This document shows, in pieces, positions 51,989-63,819 of a stretch of DNA of 64,000 bases (the first letter of the stretch is position 1; each line of letters opens with the position of its first letter). Location: the NCBI GenBank assembly GCA_036644995.1, contig JAVXOZ010000002.1:50128-114127 (forward strand), read 5' to 3'. Made by a program: the position numbers and the translations under genes. A model generated the notes under the pieces. It was given only the letters and a program-made list of their open reading frames with translations, did not search any database and was not told where the DNA came from. The DNA is from Clostridiales bacterium (GTDB lineage: Bacteria > Bacillota > Dehalobacteriia > UBA7702).

Positions 51989-52612
51989 ATGCCTAATATT
52001 AAGGTTTACAACATGGACGGCAATGAAGTTGGCGAAATGGAACTTAGCGCTGCTGTCTTTGAAGCTAAAGTTAATATTCCCTTAATGCACCAAGCCGTTG
52101 TTAACACATTGGCCTCGGAAAGAAGGGGAACCCACGAAACAAAAACCAGAAGCTACGTATCCGGTTCTACCAAAAAACCATGGAGACAAAAAGGTACAGG
52201 TCGTGCTCGTGTTGGTACTCGCACAAACCCTGTATGGACCGGTGGCGGTATTGCTTTTGGTCCTCATCCCAGAGAATATGGTTTCAAAATGCCGAAGAAA
52301 ATGCGTAAAGCAGCTTTGCGTTCGGCTTTGACCGATAAATTTAACTGTGGCGATATACTCGTTTTTGAGGATTTTGCTATGGAAGCTCCCAAAACCAAAT
52401 TTGTAACTGAAATTTTGAAGAAATTTGAAGTTAATAATGCACTTTTTGTTTTGGGTGAATTTGATGAAAATATTGTAAAAAGCGTAAGAAACATCAACGG
52501 TGTTTGCCCTGTGGAATTTACAGGGATAAATGTTTACAATGTTTTGGGTTCAAAAAAACTCATTATGACCAAGGCTGCCATAGCCAAGGTTGAGGAGGTG
52601 CTTGGTTCATGA
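51989..52612 (+). CDS. rplD: 50S ribosomal protein L4
   Basis: 207 aa L4/L1e family. Confidence 0.97.
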   Translation: MPNIKVYNMDGNEVGEMELSAAVFEAKVNIPLMHQAVVNTLASERRGTHETKTRSYVSGSTKKPWRQKGTGRARVGTRTNPVWTGGGIAFGPHPREYGFKMPKKMRKAALRSALTDKFNCGDILVFEDFAMEAPKTKFVTEILKKFEVNNALFVLGEFDENIVKSVRNINGVCPVEFTGINVYNVLGSKKLIMTKAAIAKVEEVLGS

Positions 52613-52893
52613 GAGAGTATGATATTTTAGTGAAACCTTTGGTTTCAGAAAAGTCCATGATGCTCATGGCTGAAAACAAGTATTCCTTTGAAGTTGCAAA
52701 GAATACTAATAAAATTGAAATTAAGAACGCCGTGGAAAAAATGTTTGATGTTAAGGTTGAAAACGTTACCACCAGGACTATCCGTGGCAAGATTAAAAAG
52801 CAAGGCCGTTATGAAGGTAAAAGACCCGATAAGAAAAAGGCCATTGTAACCCTGAAAGACGGCGACAAAATTCAAGTTTTTGAAGGCCTATAA
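52609..52893 (+). CDS. rplW: 50S ribosomal protein L23
   Basis: 94 aa; 4 nt overlap with rplD. Confidence 0.95.
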   Translation: MREYDILVKPLVSEKSMMLMAENKYSFEVAKNTNKIEIKNAVEKMFDVKVENVTTRTIRGKIKKQGRYEGKRPDKKKAIVTLKDGDKIQVFEGL

Positions 52894-52911
52894 TTAAGGA
52901 GGAGTAAAAAA

Positions 52912-53736
52912 ATGGGAATTAAAAAATACAATCCGACTTCTCCGGGTCGCCGGGGAATGACGGTTTCCACCTTCGAGGAAATTACTAAGACAGAGCCTGA
53001 AAAAAGCCTGACTGTTCCCTTGAAAAACAAAGGTGGTAGAAACAACCAAGGTCGTATGACCATGCGTCACCAAGGTGGCGGACATAAAAGATTATATCGT
53101 ATAATTGATTTTAAAAGAAATAAAGATCAAATACCGGCAAAAGTTGCCGCCATCGAATATGATCCTAATCGTACGGCTAATATAGCATTATTACATTATT
53201 TAGACGGTGAAAAAGCATATATATTAGCTCCTCAAGGCTTAAAAGTTGGGGATACAATTATTTCCGGTGCCGGTGCTGATATTAAAGTTGGTAACGCAAT
53301 GCCGTTAATCAACGTTCCCGTTGGTACCTATGTTCATAATATTGAGCTTTACCCCAAAGGCGGAGCAAAAATGGTTCGTTCTGCAGGAGCAGGAGCTCAG
53401 TTAATGGCAAAAGAAGGCAATTATGCCACACTCCGTTTACCCTCAGGCGAAATGCGTATGGTGCGAGTTGAATGCAAAGCTACCATTGGTCAGGTGGGTA
53501 ATGAAGATCAGGAAAACATTACTATCGGTAAAGCCGGTCGCAACCGTTGGAAAGGCATTCGCCCTGCCAACCGTGGTGTTGTAATGAATCCCTGTGACCA
53601 TCCCCATGGTGGTGGTGAAGGTCGTTCGCCGGTTGGTCGTGCGCCTGTAACCCCTTGGGGCAAACCTGCACTTGGTGCTAAAACCCGCAACAAGAAAAAA
53701 GCTTCTAGCAAGTTAATTGTTAAGGCAAGAGGATAA
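52912..53736 (+). CDS. rplB: 50S ribosomal protein L2
   Basis: 274 aa; [17 protein letters not shown]. Confidence 0.97.
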   Translation: MGIKKYNPTSPGRRGMTVSTFEEITKTEPEKSLTVPLKNKGGRNNQGRMTMRHQGGGHKRLYRIIDFKRNKDQIPAKVAAIEYDPNRTANIALLHYLDGEKAYILAPQGLKVGDTIISGAGADIKVGNAMPLINVPVGTYVHNIELYPKGGAKMVRSAGAGAQLMAKEGNYATLRLPSGEMRMVRVECKATIGQVGNEDQENITIGKAGRNRWKGIRPANRGVVMNPCDHPHGGGEGRSPVGRAPVTPWGKPALGAKTRNKKKASSKLIVKARG

Positions 53737-53757
53737 TAGGAGGAAGGAGGCAAATAA

Positions 53758-54042
53758 ATGGCCAGATCACTTAAAAAAGGCCCTTATTGCGAAGCCAAAC
53801 TTTTGGCTAAGGTGGAGAAGATGAACGAAGACAATGACAAACAGGTCATCAAAACCTGGTCTCGTCGTTCCACCATCTTCCCTCAAATGATTGGGCATAC
53901 CATTGCAGTCCATGACGGCAGAAAACATGTACCCGTTTATGTAACCGAAGATATGGTGGGACATAAACTTGGTGAATTTGTTTCTACTCGCATGTTCAGA
54001 GGACATGGCAGTCATACGGAAAGGTCCACTGCTTTGAAATAA
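53758..54042 (+). CDS. rpsS: 30S ribosomal protein S19
   Basis: [16 protein letters not shown]... Confidence 0.97.
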   Translation: MARSLKKGPYCEAKLLAKVEKMNEDNDKQVIKTWSRRSTIFPQMIGHTIAVHDGRKHVPVYVTEDMVGHKLGEFVSTRMFRGHGSHTERSTALK

Positions 54043-54066
54043 GCCGTGCGAAGGAGGTAAGTATTC

Positions 54067-54405
54067 GTGGAAGTTAAAGCAATAGCGAAACACATTCGGA
54101 TTTCTCCCCGCAAGGTTAGATACGTTGCCGATTTGGTACGTGGTAAGCGTGTGGAAGAAGCCCGTGGTATTTTAAAATTAATCCCTAATCGTGGGGGAGT
54201 TCCCGTAATGAAAGTTTTGAACTCTGCCGTTGCAAACGCAGAGCATAATAATGATATGAGCGAAGATGATTTGTTCATTAAAAAGATTTTCATCGATGAA
54301 GGTGTTACCTGGAAGCGGATTAAGCCCCGTGCTATGGGTAGAGCCGATCGCATGTTTAAAAGAACCTGCCACATCACTGTGGTTGTAAGCGAGAAGGAGG
54401 ACTGA
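54067..54405 (+). CDS. rplV: 50S ribosomal protein L22
   Basis: GTG start; [18 protein letters not shown]. Confidence 0.95.
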   Translation: MEVKAIAKHIRISPRKVRYVADLVRGKRVEEARGILKLIPNRGGVPVMKVLNSAVANAEHNNDMSEDDLFIKKIFIDEGVTWKRIKPRAMGRADRMFKRTCHITVVVSEKED

Positions 54406-54407
54406 GC

Positions 54408-55073
54408 GTGGGTCAGAAAGTAAATCCCAAAGGGTTTAGAATTGGCGTCATCCGAGATTGGGATAGCCGTTGGTATGCCCGTAAAGAATATTCTGATTAT
54501 CTTTTAGAAGATTATAAAATCAGAAAATATTTAAAAGCAAAGCTCTACACTTCCGGCATTTCCCGCATTGAAATCGAACGTGCCGCAGGTCGTGTCAAAG
54601 TAAACATCTTTACTGCAAAACCCGGTATTGTAATCGGTCGCGGTGGTACCGAAGTTGAAGCGTTAAAAGTTAAATTAGAAAAAATGACCGGCAAAAAGGT
54701 CAACATCTATATTAACGAAGTTAAAAAGCCGGAGTTAGATGCTCAATTAGTCGCTGAAAGCGTAGCATCTGCTTTGGAAAAGAGAATTGGTTTCAGAAGA
54801 GCTATGAAGCAATCTGTTGGTCGTACCATGCGTCTTGGCGCAGGGGGCATAAAATTGATGGTAGCCGGTCGTTTGGGCGGAGCAGAAATTGCTCGCAGCG
54901 AATGGGTGAGTGAAGGGAAAGTTCCACTTCACACATTAAGAGCAAACATTGATTATGCCACCGCAGAAGCTAACACCACCTATGGTAAAATCGGCGTTAA
55001 ATGCTGGATTTACAAAGGTGAAATTCTTCCTGAAAGGGTTGCTCCCAAAAAAGTGGAAGGGGGCGAAAGATAA
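54408..55073 (+). CDS. rpsC: 30S ribosomal protein S3
   Basis: GTG start; [14 protein letters not shown]... Confidence 0.97.
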   Translation: MGQKVNPKGFRIGVIRDWDSRWYARKEYSDYLLEDYKIRKYLKAKLYTSGISRIEIERAAGRVKVNIFTAKPGIVIGRGGTEVEALKVKLEKMTGKKVNIYINEVKKPELDAQLVAESVASALEKRIGFRRAMKQSVGRTMRLGAGGIKLMVAGRLGGAEIARSEWVSEGKVPLHTLRANIDYATAEANTTYGKIGVKCWIYKGEILPERVAPKKVEGGER

Positions 55074-55501
55074 TGTTGTTACCTAAAAGAGTAAAGCATC
55101 GTCGTCAGCACCGTGGCTCCATGAAAGGGAAAGCTACCAAGGGTAATTTCATTGCCTATGGTGAATATGGTATGCAGGCTGTTGAATGCGGATGGATTAC
55201 CAGCCGCCAGATAGAAGCAGCCCGTATTGCGATGACTCGTTACATGAAGAGGGGCGGAGATGTTTGGATTAAAATATTCCCTCACAAACCTGTAACCGAA
55301 AAACCCGCTGAAACCCGTATGGGTAGTGGTAAAGGTTCTCCGGAATATTGGGTAGCAGTGGTAAAGCCCGGCCGTGTTATGTTTGAAGTAAGCGGTATTG
55401 ATGAGGCTACTGCCAGAGAAGCTATTCGTTTGGCCCAGCATAAATTGCCTGTCAAAAGCAAATTTATTAAACGTGAAGAGATAGGCGGTGATGCAGAATG
55501 A
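55073..55501 (+). CDS. rplP: 50S ribosomal protein L16
   Basis: [15 protein letters not shown]... Confidence 0.97.
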   Translation: MLLPKRVKHRRQHRGSMKGKATKGNFIAYGEYGMQAVECGWITSRQIEAARIAMTRYMKRGGDVWIKIFPHKPVTEKPAETRMGSGKGSPEYWVAVVKPGRVMFEVSGIDEATAREAIRLAQHKLPVKSKFIKREEIGGDAE

Positions 55502-55701
55502 AAATGAAAGAAATCAATGAGATGACCCAAGAGGAACTCGGTAGAAAAATTGAGGACTTAAAAAGTGAGCTTTTTAACTTACGTTTTCGTTTGGCAACCG
55601 GTCAGTTGGATAATCCCATGGTAATTAAAGAAGTAAAAAGAAATATAGCCAGAGTAAAAACAGTAATAAGAGAACGCGAACTCACCGGAAAAGAGTTCTA
55701 A
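55498..55701 (+). CDS. rpmC: 50S ribosomal protein L29
   Basis: 67 aa. Confidence 0.95.
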   Translation: MKMKEINEMTQEELGRKIEDLKSELFNLRFRLATGQLDNPMVIKEVKRNIARVKTVIRERELTGKEF

Positions 55702-55721
55702 CGGAAGGAGGATAACACCGC

Positions 55722-55982
55722 ATGGAAAGAAATGGAAGAAAGGTGCGGATTGGGCAAGTGGTCAGCGATAAAATGGATAAAACCATTGTTGTACGTGTTG
55801 AAACTAAAATCCGGCATCCTCTTTACGGTAAAATCGTAAAAACCAGCAAGAAGTATAAAGCCCATGATGAAAATAATGAAGCCAGAATAGGCGACCTCGT
55901 TAAAATGATGGAAACCCGTCCTATGTCTAAAGACAAAAGATGGCGTTTAATTGAAATTACCGAGAAAGCCCCGATAGTCTAA
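55722..55982 (+). CDS. rpsQ: 30S ribosomal protein S17
   Basis: 86 aa. Confidence 0.95.
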   Translation: MERNGRKVRIGQVVSDKMDKTIVVRVETKIRHPLYGKIVKTSKKYKAHDENNEARIGDLVKMMETRPMSKDKRWRLIEITEKAPIV

Positions 55983-56010
55983 GGGCAGAGAAGAAAGGGG
56001 GCAACCTGAA

Positions 56011-56382
56011 ATGATTCAACAAGAAACAAGACTCAAAGTCGGCGACAACACCGGCGCAAAAGAGCTTCTTTGTATTAAAGTTTTAAGCGGCGGCGGCGGA
56101 CATAGCTTTGCTACTGTTGGAGATGTTATCGTTTGTGCTGTTAAACATGCAACACCCGGTAGCGTTGTAAAAAAAGGCGAGGTAGTTAAAGCTGTCATCG
56201 TGAGAACCAAGAAAGAAATTCGGCGTCCTGATGGATCTTATATTCGTTTTGACCAAAATGCTGCTGTTATTATTAAAGATGACGGTCAGCCCAGAGGCAC
56301 ACGCATCTTTGGCCCAGTTGCCAGAGAGCTCCGGGATAAGAACTACATGAAAATTGTATCTTTGGCGCCGGAAGTACTGTAA
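56011..56382 (+). CDS. rplN: 50S ribosomal protein L14
   Basis: [18 protein letters not shown]... Confidence 0.97.
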   Translation: MIQQETRLKVGDNTGAKELLCIKVLSGGGGHSFATVGDVIVCAVKHATPGSVVKKGEVVKAVIVRTKKEIRRPDGSYIRFDQNAAVIIKDDGQPRGTRIFGPVARELRDKNYMKIVSLAPEVL

Positions 56383-56390
56383 TTTAGGAG

Positions 56391-56729
56391 GTGGACGCTT
56401 TGGCTTACGCCAAAACTCATATTCGTAAAGATGATAAGGTAATGATAATTACCGGTAAAGATGCCGGAAAAACCGGCAAAGTCATCCAAGTGCTTCCCGG
56501 AAAGGGTAAAGTGATTGTGGACGGTGTCAATATTGTAAAAAGACACACTAAGCCCACTCAGAGTAACCCCCAAGGTGGCATTATGGAGAAACCCGCAGCT
56601 ATAGACGCATCCAATGTGATGCTTTATTGCGGAAAATGTAAAAAAGTAACGAGAATACAGATGAAATCACTTAGCGATGCAGCAAACGTACGTGTTTGTA
56701 AACATTGCGGTGAAGTCTTCGATAAGTAA
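56391..56729 (+). CDS. rplX: 50S ribosomal protein L24 (the real start may be the in-frame TTG at 56400)
   Basis: KOW motif ...[19 protein letters not shown]; RBS AGGAGGTGG at 56386-94. Confidence 0.93.
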   Translation: MDALAYAKTHIRKDDKVMIITGKDAGKTGKVIQVLPGKGKVIVDGVNIVKRHTKPTQSNPQGGIMEKPAAIDASNVMLYCGKCKKVTRIQMKSLSDAANVRVCKHCGEVFDK

Positions 56730-56752
56730 CTAAGGGAAAGGAGGCATTTTCA

Positions 56753-57295
56753 GTGGCAAGACTTAAAGACAAATATGCCAGCGATATTATTCCCGCTCTC
56801 AAAGAAAAGTTTGGTCATTCCAACGTAATGGAAGTTCCTAAACTTGCTAAAGTTGTTATCAACATGGGAATGGGCGAAGCTATTGCCAATCCCAAAGCTA
56901 TGGACGCTGCGGTTGCGGATTTAATGAAAATTACAGGTCAAAAACCTATTATTACCAAAGCAAAAAAATCCGTTGCTGCATTTAAAGTAAGAACCGGTAT
57001 GCCCATTGGCATTAAGGTTACTTTGAGAGGCGATAGAATGTATGAATTTACCGACCGTCTTGTATCCGTGGCATTGCCCCGTGTACGTGACTTTAAGGGA
57101 ATATCCCCTAAAGCATTTGATGGCCGTGGTAACTATACACTTGGTTTGAAAGAACAATTAATCTTCCCGGAAATTGAATATGATAAGGTAGACCGTTTAC
57201 GTGGCATGGAAGTATGCTTTGTAACATCTGCTAAAACCGATGAAGAAGCCAAGGAATTATTGAAATTGATGGGGATGCCCTTTGCGGCTAATTAA
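56753..57295 (+). CDS. rplE: 50S ribosomal protein L5
   Basis: GTG start; MARLKDKY... Confidence 0.97.
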   Translation: MARLKDKYASDIIPALKEKFGHSNVMEVPKLAKVVINMGMGEAIANPKAMDAAVADLMKITGQKPIITKAKKSVAAFKVRTGMPIGIKVTLRGDRMYEFTDRLVSVALPRVRDFKGISPKAFDGRGNYTLGLKEQLIFPEIEYDKVDRLRGMEVCFVTSAKTDEEAKELLKLMGMPFAAN

Positions 57296-57318
57296 TCCCC
57301 TACTTAGGAGGAACCAAA

Positions 57319-57504
57319 GTGGCGAAAAAATCAATGATCGCAAAACAAGGGCGTGAGCCCAAGTATTCTGTGCGTGGATATAACCGTTGTAAAATTTGCG
57401 GACGTCCCCACGCCTATATGCGTAAATTCGGTATTTGCCGGGTTTGCTTCAGAGAGTTGGCTTACAAGGGAGAAATTCCCGGTGTAACCAAGTCAAGCTG
57501 GTAA
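57319..57504 (+). CDS. rpsZ: 30S ribosomal protein S14 type Z (zinc-binding)
   Basis: 61 aa; CKICGRPH...CRVC. Confidence 0.95.
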   Translation: MAKKSMIAKQGREPKYSVRGYNRCKICGRPHAYMRKFGICRVCFRELAYKGEIPGVTKSSW

Positions 57505-57526
57505 GAACCGGAAGGAGGTAAAGTTA

Positions 57527-57925
57527 ATGGTCATGACAGATCCCATTGCCGATTTCCTTACCAGGATTCGCAATGCAAACACTGTTTATATGGAAAAGGT
57601 GGAAATTCCCGCCTCAAAAACTAAAATGAATTTGGCCAAAATCCTCAAAGAGGAAGGCTATATCAACGATGTTGAATACATCGAAGATGGAAAACAAGGC
57701 TTTATACGCCTCTATTTAAAATATGGCAACAATCGGGAAAGAGTTATTACCGGATTGAAAAGAATAAGCCGTCCCGGTTTAAGAGTATATGCTAAGAGCG
57801 ACGTCGTACCCAGAGTATTGGGTGGACTTGGAATTGCTGTAATTTCCACTTCTCGTGGTCTTATGACAGATAAAGAAGCGAGAGCTGCCGGAACCGGTGG
57901 CGAAGTTATGTGCTATATTTGGTAG
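57527..57925 (+). CDS. rpsH: 30S ribosomal protein S8
   Basis: [17 protein letters not shown]... Confidence 0.97.
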   Translation: MVMTDPIADFLTRIRNANTVYMEKVEIPASKTKMNLAKILKEEGYINDVEYIEDGKQGFIRLYLKYGNNRERVITGLKRISRPGLRVYAKSDVVPRVLGGLGIAVISTSRGLMTDKEARAAGTGGEVMCYIW

Positions 57926-57960
57926 AATCAGTGATATAAACTCAATTTTGGAGGTGCAAT

Positions 57961-58506
57961 ATGTCTCGGATAGGCAAAATGCCGGTGGCAGTCCCCGCTG
58001 GAGTTAAAATCACTTTGGAAGATCACCACATTACTGTGGAGGGTCCCAAAGGGAAACTTGAAAGGGATTTTCACCCCAATATGGCCGTTAAAGTGGAAGA
58101 TGGGGTTCTTACTGTAGAACGTTCTTCCGAAAGCAATGAAGATCGTGCTTTGCATGGTTTGACCCGTGCTTTAATTAACAATATGGTCGTTGGTGTGGAC
58201 ACCGGATTTAAAAAAGATTTAGAATTGGTAGGCGTTGGTTACCGTGCCGCCAAACAAGGGAACAACCTGGTATTAACCGTAGGTTACTCCCACCCAGTTG
58301 AAATGACACCTGATGAAGGTTTGAACGTGGAAGTACCTGTTCCTACCAAAATCAGCATTTCAGGTGCTGACAAAGAAATGGTTGGAGCATTTGCTGCTAA
58401 CGTAAGAAAAGTCAGACCCCCGGAACCTTATAAAGGTAAAGGGATTAAATATGCAGATGAAATTATTAAACGCAAAGCCGGTAAAGCCGGTGTTAAAGGC
58501 GACTAA
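57961..58506 (+). CDS. rplF: 50S ribosomal protein L6
   Basis: [17 protein letters not shown]... Confidence 0.97.
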   Translation: MSRIGKMPVAVPAGVKITLEDHHITVEGPKGKLERDFHPNMAVKVEDGVLTVERSSESNEDRALHGLTRALINNMVVGVDTGFKKDLELVGVGYRAAKQGNNLVLTVGYSHPVEMTPDEGLNVEVPVPTKISISGADKEMVGAFAANVRKVRPPEPYKGKGIKYADEIIKRKAGKAGVKGD

Positions 58507-58523
58507 GGAAAGGAGAGCTTGTT

Positions 58524-58886
58524 TTGTATAAAGCATATAATCGTAGTGCTGTTCGGATTAAAAAGCATAGAAGTATCAGAATTAGATTATCAGGTACCGC
58601 AGAATGTCCTCGTTTGGCTGTATATCGCAGTGCAAAGAACATCTATGCTCAAATCATCGATGATGTAGCCGGCAAAACTTTAGTGGCAGCTTCTTCCTTG
58701 GATGCTTCACTTAAAGCAAATTACGGCGGCAATGTGGAAGCATCTGCTGCTGTCGGTAAACTCATTGGCGAGAAGGCTCAAGAAAAAGGTATTAAAGCAG
58801 TGGTTTTTGATCGTGGTGGAAACATTTACCATGGTCGTATAAAAGCCCTGGCTGATGGTGCCCGTGAAGCCGGACTCGAATTCTAA
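58524..58886 (+). CDS. rplR: 50S ribosomal protein L18
   Basis: TTG start; ...[16 protein letters not shown]... Confidence 0.95.
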   Translation: MYKAYNRSAVRIKKHRSIRIRLSGTAECPRLAVYRSAKNIYAQIIDDVAGKTLVAASSLDASLKANYGGNVEASAAVGKLIGEKAQEKGIKAVVFDRGGNIYHGRIKALADGAREAGLEF

Positions 58887-58905
58887 GAGTATAGGAGGGA
58901 AATAG

Positions 58906-59415
58906 ATGTCCAGAATTGACGCCAGCAATCTCGAATTAACCGAACAAATCGTCAATATCAACCGTGTCGCAAAGGTTGTTAAGGGTGGTCGTCGTTTCAG
59001 TTTTAGCGCACTTGTTGTTGTTGGAGACGGAAACGGTCACGTGGGATTTGGCTTAGGAAAAGCCGGAGAAGTCCCCGAAGCCATCAGAAAATCCATTGAA
59101 GATGCGAAAAAGAATTTGATATATGTTCCTATTGTAAACTACACTCTTCCACATGAAACCATCGGCCGTTTTGGCGCAAGCAGAGTTTTATTAAAACCTG
59201 CTGCACCCGGTACCGGTGTTATCGCAGGCGGCCCTGTACGTGCCGTTTTGGAAGCAGTTGGTATACGTGATATTTTAACTAAATCCTTAGGCTCCAATAA
59301 TGCCATTAATATGGTATCCGCAACATTTGCCGGTCTTGCTGAAATGCGTACCGCAGAGCATGTTGCGAAATTGAGAGGCAAATCCGTCAAGGAAATCTTG
59401 GGTCAGGAGGAGTAA
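58906..59415 (+). CDS. rpsE: 30S ribosomal protein S5
   Basis: 169 aa. Confidence 0.97.
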   Translation: MSRIDASNLELTEQIVNINRVAKVVKGGRRFSFSALVVVGDGNGHVGFGLGKAGEVPEAIRKSIEDAKKNLIYVPIVNYTLPHETIGRFGASRVLLKPAAPGTGVIAGGPVRAVLEAVGIRDILTKSLGSNNAINMVSATFAGLAEMRTAEHVAKLRGKSVKEILGQEE

Positions 59416-59419
59416 TATC

Positions 59420-59605
59420 ATGGCAAAAATTAAGATTACCCTTGTTAAAAGTGTGATTGGTTATAGTGAACAGCAGCGTAGAACTGTTAAGTCTTTAGGA
59501 CTTAAGAAAACTAACAGCTCTGTTATTCAAGAAAATACCCCTGATATTGTAGGGAAATGTAATAAAATCAGCCATCTCTTGAAGGTTGAAGAAGTTGAGG
59601 CCTAA
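59420..59605 (+). CDS. rpmD: 50S ribosomal protein L30
   Basis: 61 aa. Confidence 0.95.
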   Translation: MAKIKITLVKSVIGYSEQQRRTVKSLGLKKTNSSVIQENTPDIVGKCNKISHLLKVEEVEA

Positions 59606-59627
59606 GCAGCCGAGGAGGTAAGTAATT

Positions 59628-60065
59628 ATGAATTTAAGCGACTTAAAACCGGCTGCCGGATCTAAACAGGAAACAACACGTAAAGGTCGTGGTATCGGTT
59701 CCGGTTTAGGTAAAACCTCCGGTAGAGGTCATAAAGGTCAGAAATCTCGTTCAGGCGGCGGTGTTCGCCCGGGTTTTGAAGGTGGTCAAATGCCTCTTCA
59801 AAGAAGAATACCTAAAAGAGGTTTCACAAATATTTTCCGCAAGGATATTGCAACAGTATCTTTAGGTGATTTAAATATCTTTGAAGCTAATGCTGTAATT
59901 ACCCCGGAAACCCTTTGGGAAGCAGGCCTTGTAGGTCAATGTGATGGTGTGAAGATTCTTGCCAATGGCGAAATCGAAAAAGCACTTACTTTCCAATATA
60001 TTAAATGCAGCAAAAATGCATTGGATAAAATTGAAGCCGCAGGTGGTAAAGTAGAGGTGATGTAA
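59628..60065 (+). CDS. rplO: 50S ribosomal protein L15
   Basis: 145 aa; [19 protein letters not shown]. Confidence 0.97.
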   Translation: MNLSDLKPAAGSKQETTRKGRGIGSGLGKTSGRGHKGQKSRSGGGVRPGFEGGQMPLQRRIPKRGFTNIFRKDIATVSLGDLNIFEANAVITPETLWEAGLVGQCDGVKILANGEIEKALTFQYIKCSKNALDKIEAAGGKVEVM

Positions 60066-60066
60066 T

Positions 60067-61317
60067 ATGCTTTCTACCATTAAAAACGCTTTTAAGGTAG
60101 AAGAAATCCGTGGTAAGATCATTTTTACATTGTTAATGTTTTTATTGTTCCGTATTGGTGCACATATTCCCGCACCCGGAATTGATGCCGCAGTTTTAGA
60201 AGATTTATTTAGCCAAAATATTTTTGGTTTTATTGATGTAATATCCGGTGGTGCGTTTAAAAATATTAGTATATTTGCCATGGGCATTATGCCATACATT
60301 AATGCTTCCATTATCATGAATTTATTGACCATTGTTATCCCTTACTTTGAACGTCTTTCCAAGGAAGGACCTGAAGGTAAGAAAAAAATGGCTCAAATCA
60401 CTCGCTATGGTTGTGTAGTTCTGGGCTTTGTTCAAGCTGTTGCCATGTCTTTCTATTTGAAACCTGCTTTATTAGATTACAATTTCTTTAGTGTATCTAT
60501 GTTGGTTATCTCATTGACTGCTGGTACTGCACTACTTATGTGGATGGGTGAAATGATTACTGAAAAAGGTATTGGGAATGGTATTTCCTTAATCATCTTT
60601 GCAGGTATCGTTTCTCGTTTACCATCGGGTATCACCTATATTGTTCAATCCCTTCGCTCCGGCGAAACTAATTTCTTTGCAGTTTTGGCATTTCTTGTTT
60701 TGGCTATTATCATTATTGTTGGTATTATCTATATTCAGGAAGGTCAGCGTAGAATACCGGTGCAATACGCCAAGCGTGTTGTGGGTAGAAAAGTTTATGG
60801 TGGTCAAAGCACCTTTATTCCCTTGAAAGTAAACCAAGCAGGCGTTATTCCCATTATCTTTGCCATGTCTTTATTGATGTTGCCGCAGTTGTTGGCATCG
60901 TTATTTCATGGTCCCGTGGGAACTACCATTGCCAGTTGGTTTAATAACAGTCACCCTGTATATATGATCCTTGACTCATTACTTATTTTCTTCTTTGCTT
61001 ATTTTTACACCGCTGTAACATTCAGCCCTGTGGATGTAGCAGATAATATGAAGAAAAACGGTGGATTTATTCCGGGTATTCGTCCCGGTAGACCTACTGC
61101 GGAATATATTGATAGGATTCTCACCAGATTAACTTTGGCGGGTGCATTTTTCTTGGCGTTTATCGCTTTATTGCCTAATTTAATGTCCGCGGCGACCGGG
61201 CTTAATGTAAGCTTTGGTGGTACATCTTTATTGATTGCCGTCGGTGTTGCCTTAGATACCATGAAGCAATTGGAAAGCCAGATGCTCAATCGTAACTATC
61301 AAGGATTTATGAAATAA
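60067..61317 (+). CDS. secY: Preprotein translocase subunit SecY
   Basis: 416 aa, 10 TM, SecY signature. Confidence 0.97.
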   Translation: MLSTIKNAFKVEEIRGKIIFTLLMFLLFRIGAHIPAPGIDAAVLEDLFSQNIFGFIDVISGGAFKNISIFAMGIMPYINASIIMNLLTIVIPYFERLSKEGPEGKKKMAQITRYGCVVLGFVQAVAMSFYLKPALLDYNFFSVSMLVISLTAGTALLMWMGEMITEKGIGNGISLIIFAGIVSRLPSGITYIVQSLRSGETNFFAVLAFLVLAIIIIVGIIYIQEGQRRIPVQYAKRVVGRKVYGGQSTFIPLKVNQAGVIPIIFAMSLLMLPQLLASLFHGPVGTTIASWFNNSHPVYMILDSLLIFFFAYFYTAVTFSPVDVADNMKKNGGFIPGIRPGRPTAEYIDRILTRLTLAGAFFLAFIALLPNLMSAATGLNVSFGGTSLLIAVGVALDTMKQLESQMLNRNYQGFMK

Positions 61318-61329
61318 GGAGGAGAACCC

Positions 61330-61977
61330 ATGAGATTAGTATTGTTAGGACCTCCGGGAGCCGGCAAAGGCACCCAGGCTGCTTCATTGGTTGATAAATA
61401 TAATATAGTTCACATCTCTACCGGAGATTTGCTTCGTGCAGCGGTTAAAGAGGGTACCCCTTTGGGCTTAGAAGCTAAAGGGTATATGGAATCGGGACAA
61501 TTAGTTCCCGATAGCCTTATCCTCGGACTGATGGAAGAAAGAATTCGGAAGGAAGATTGCCAAGAGGGTTTCCTTTTGGATGGCTTTCCCAGAACTCCGG
61601 CTCAAGCTGATGCTTTAGCTGAGATGTTAAAAAAATTGGGTCAAGAACTTGATGCAGTATTAAACATTGATGTTCCTTCAGAAAAATTGATGGAACGCTT
61701 GACCGGTCGTCGGGTTTGCAAAAGCTGCGGCGCAACATATCACAAGGTATTTAATCCTTCGGCAAAGGGTGAAAGCTGTGAAAAATGCGACAGTGCTCTT
61801 TACCAACGTGCAGACGACACCGAAGAAACAGTTAAAGCTCGTTTGGATGTTTACCAAAATCAGACTGCTCCCCTCATTGCCTATTATACAAATGTAAGTT
61901 TGATTAAAAATATCAATGGGGATCAGAATATTACAAAAGTTTTGGAAGATATTGCCAGTGCCTTAGGAGGCAAATAA
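61330..61977 (+). CDS. adk: Adenylate kinase (zinc-lid Cys4 type)
   Basis: GPPGAGKGTQA; CKSCGATYH...CEKCD. Confidence 0.97.
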   Translation: MRLVLLGPPGAGKGTQAASLVDKYNIVHISTGDLLRAAVKEGTPLGLEAKGYMESGQLVPDSLILGLMEERIRKEDCQEGFLLDGFPRTPAQADALAEMLKKLGQELDAVLNIDVPSEKLMERLTGRRVCKSCGATYHKVFNPSAKGESCEKCDSALYQRADDTEETVKARLDVYQNQTAPLIAYYTNVSLIKNINGDQNITKVLEDIASALGGK

Positions 61978-62726
61978 TGATCATCATTAAAAACAAGGAA
62001 CAAATTGCAAAAATGAGAGACGCAGGCAAAATAGTTGCTGAGGTCTTGGAACTGATGAAAGAAAGTGTAAAACCCGGCATTTCAACTTACGAGTTGGATC
62101 AAATTGCCGAGAAATACATTATTAAAAGCAAGGCGATTCCTACTTTTAAAGGCTATGGCGGTTTTCCCGGTTCTATTTGTGCTTCTTTAAATGAGGAAGT
62201 CGTTCATGGGATACCTCGTCCCGACAGAATTTTACACGATGGAGATATTATCAGTGTAGATGTTGGTGCAACCTTTCGCGGCTATGTGGGTGATGCAGCG
62301 AGGACTTTTCCTGTGGGCGTAATCACCCAAGAGAATGCTCGACTCATTGAAGTGACCAAACAATCATTTTTTGAAGGTTTACAAAAGGCAAAAGCCGGTA
62401 ATCGTTTAGGCGATATTTCCCATGCGGTTCAAAAATATGTAGAAAGACATGGCTATTCTGTTATTCGTGATCTTGTGGGCCACGGAGTTGGCGAAAACAT
62501 GCACGAAGATCCCAGTGTTCCTAATTACGGCAAAAGCGGAAGAGGAATTAGATTGGCATCAGGCTTAGTGCTTGCGGTGGAACCCATGGTTGCCGCCGGC
62601 CACTATGCACTTAACCAGCTTAGTGATAATTGGACTTATGTTACGATAGATGGCTCAATGACGGCTCATTACGAAAACACGTTTGCTATCACTGATGGCG
62701 AGCCCGAGATTTTGACTCGGCTGTAA
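61977..62726 (+). CDS. map: Methionine aminopeptidase type I
   Basis: 249 aa; metal ligands D/D/H/E/E. Confidence 0.95.
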   Translation: MIIIKNKEQIAKMRDAGKIVAEVLELMKESVKPGISTYELDQIAEKYIIKSKAIPTFKGYGGFPGSICASLNEEVVHGIPRPDRILHDGDIISVDVGATFRGYVGDAARTFPVGVITQENARLIEVTKQSFFEGLQKAKAGNRLGDISHAVQKYVERHGYSVIRDLVGHGVGENMHEDPSVPNYGKSGRGIRLASGLVLAVEPMVAAGHYALNQLSDNWTYVTIDGSMTAHYENTFAITDGEPEILTRL

Positions 62727-62739
62727 AGGAGTGGTTTTA

Positions 62740-63021
62740 TTGCAGTGGTTATTAGGTCAGATGGTTACTTCCAAACAAGGGAGAGATCATGGACACCACT
62801 ATGTCATCGTTAAAACAGAGGATAAATGCTGTTTTTTGGCAGACGGCAGGAAAGCTGCTGTTGTTAACCCTAAGAAGAAGAATTATAAGCATTTACAAGG
62901 AACTTTAACCTATTCAAAGGAAATTGGTGAGAAATTGATTTTAAATCAGTTGCCCACCGATGCTGAGGTTAGAGAATTCCTTAACAATCATTGGCCGAAA
63001 AACGGACAGAAGGAGGAGTAA
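62740..63021 (+). CDS. KOW-domain RNA-binding protein commonly found between map and infA in Firmicutes
   Basis: The track ORF begins at GTG 62731; TTG 62740 has better RBS spacing (AAAGGAG). Confidence 0.7.
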   Translation: MQWLLGQMVTSKQGRDHGHHYVIVKTEDKCCFLADGRKAAVVNPKKKNYKHLQGTLTYSKEIGEKLILNQLPTDAEVREFLNNHWPKNGQKEE

Positions 63022-63024
63022 ACC

Positions 63025-63243
63025 ATGTCTAAGCAAGATGCTATTGAAGTAGAAGGCAAAGTTATTGAACCGTTGCCCAATGCCATGTTTACTGTGGAGT
63101 TGGAAAACGGGCACAGAGTGCTCGCACATGTTTCCGGAAAAATCCGTATGAATTTCATTCGTATTCTGCCCGGAGATAAAGTTACTATTGAATTGAGTCC
63201 CTATGATTTAACCAGGGGACGTATTGTATATCGCTTTAAATAA
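63025..63243 (+). CDS. infA: Translation initiation factor IF-1
   Basis: [22 protein letters not shown]... S1-like fold. Confidence 0.97.
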   Translation: MSKQDAIEVEGKVIEPLPNAMFTVELENGHRVLAHVSGKIRMNFIRILPGDKVTIELSPYDLTRGRIVYRFK

Positions 63244-63275
63244 ACATTTAAGCTAAGGGAAAAGGAGGCATTACC

Positions 63276-63389
63276 GTGAAAGTTCGCTCTTCGGTAAAAC
63301 CAATCTGCGAAAAATGCAAAATCATTAAAAGAAATGGGACTGTAATGGTCATCTGCAAAAATCCCAAGCATAAACAAAAACAAGGATAA
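63276..63389 (+). CDS. rpmJ: 50S ribosomal protein L36
   Basis: My translation from GTG 63276: [37 protein letters not shown] (37 aa, Zn-ribbon C..C...C....H). Below the track's length cutoff. Confidence 0.9.
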   Translation: MKVRSSVKPICEKCKIIKRNGTVMVICKNPKHKQKQG

Positions 63390-63430
63390 TTTTGAGTTTT
63401 TAGATATCGTATTGGAGGTGCATGGAATAA

Positions 63431-63799
63431 ATGGCACGTATTGCTGGAGTTGACTTACCCCGTGAAAAAAGGGTTGAAATTGGTTTAACTTATATTTTCG
63501 GAATTGGTCTTCCCACTTCTCAAAAAATATTGGCACAAGCCGGTGTTGATGGGAATATTCGGGTAAAAGACCTTACCGAAGAAGATGTTGACAATTTAAG
63601 AAATATTATCACTAACGGTTATATGGTTGAAGGCGATCTCAGAAGAGATACAGCTTTAAACATTAAACGTTTAATGGAAATTGGCTGTTATCGTGGTATC
63701 CGCCATCGTCGTGGTTTACCCGTTAGAGGTCAAAAAACTAAAACTAACGCACGTACCCGTAAAGGGCCTAAACGTACTGTTAGCAGTAAGCGTAAGTAA
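63431..63799 (+). CDS. rpsM: 30S ribosomal protein S13
   Basis: [26 protein letters not shown]... Confidence 0.97.
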   Translation: MARIAGVDLPREKRVEIGLTYIFGIGLPTSQKILAQAGVDGNIRVKDLTEEDVDNLRNIITNGYMVEGDLRRDTALNIKRLMEIGCYRGIRHRRGLPVRGQKTKTNARTRKGPKRTVSSKRK

Positions 63800-63819
63800 G
63801 GAAAGGAGGACTTGATTCA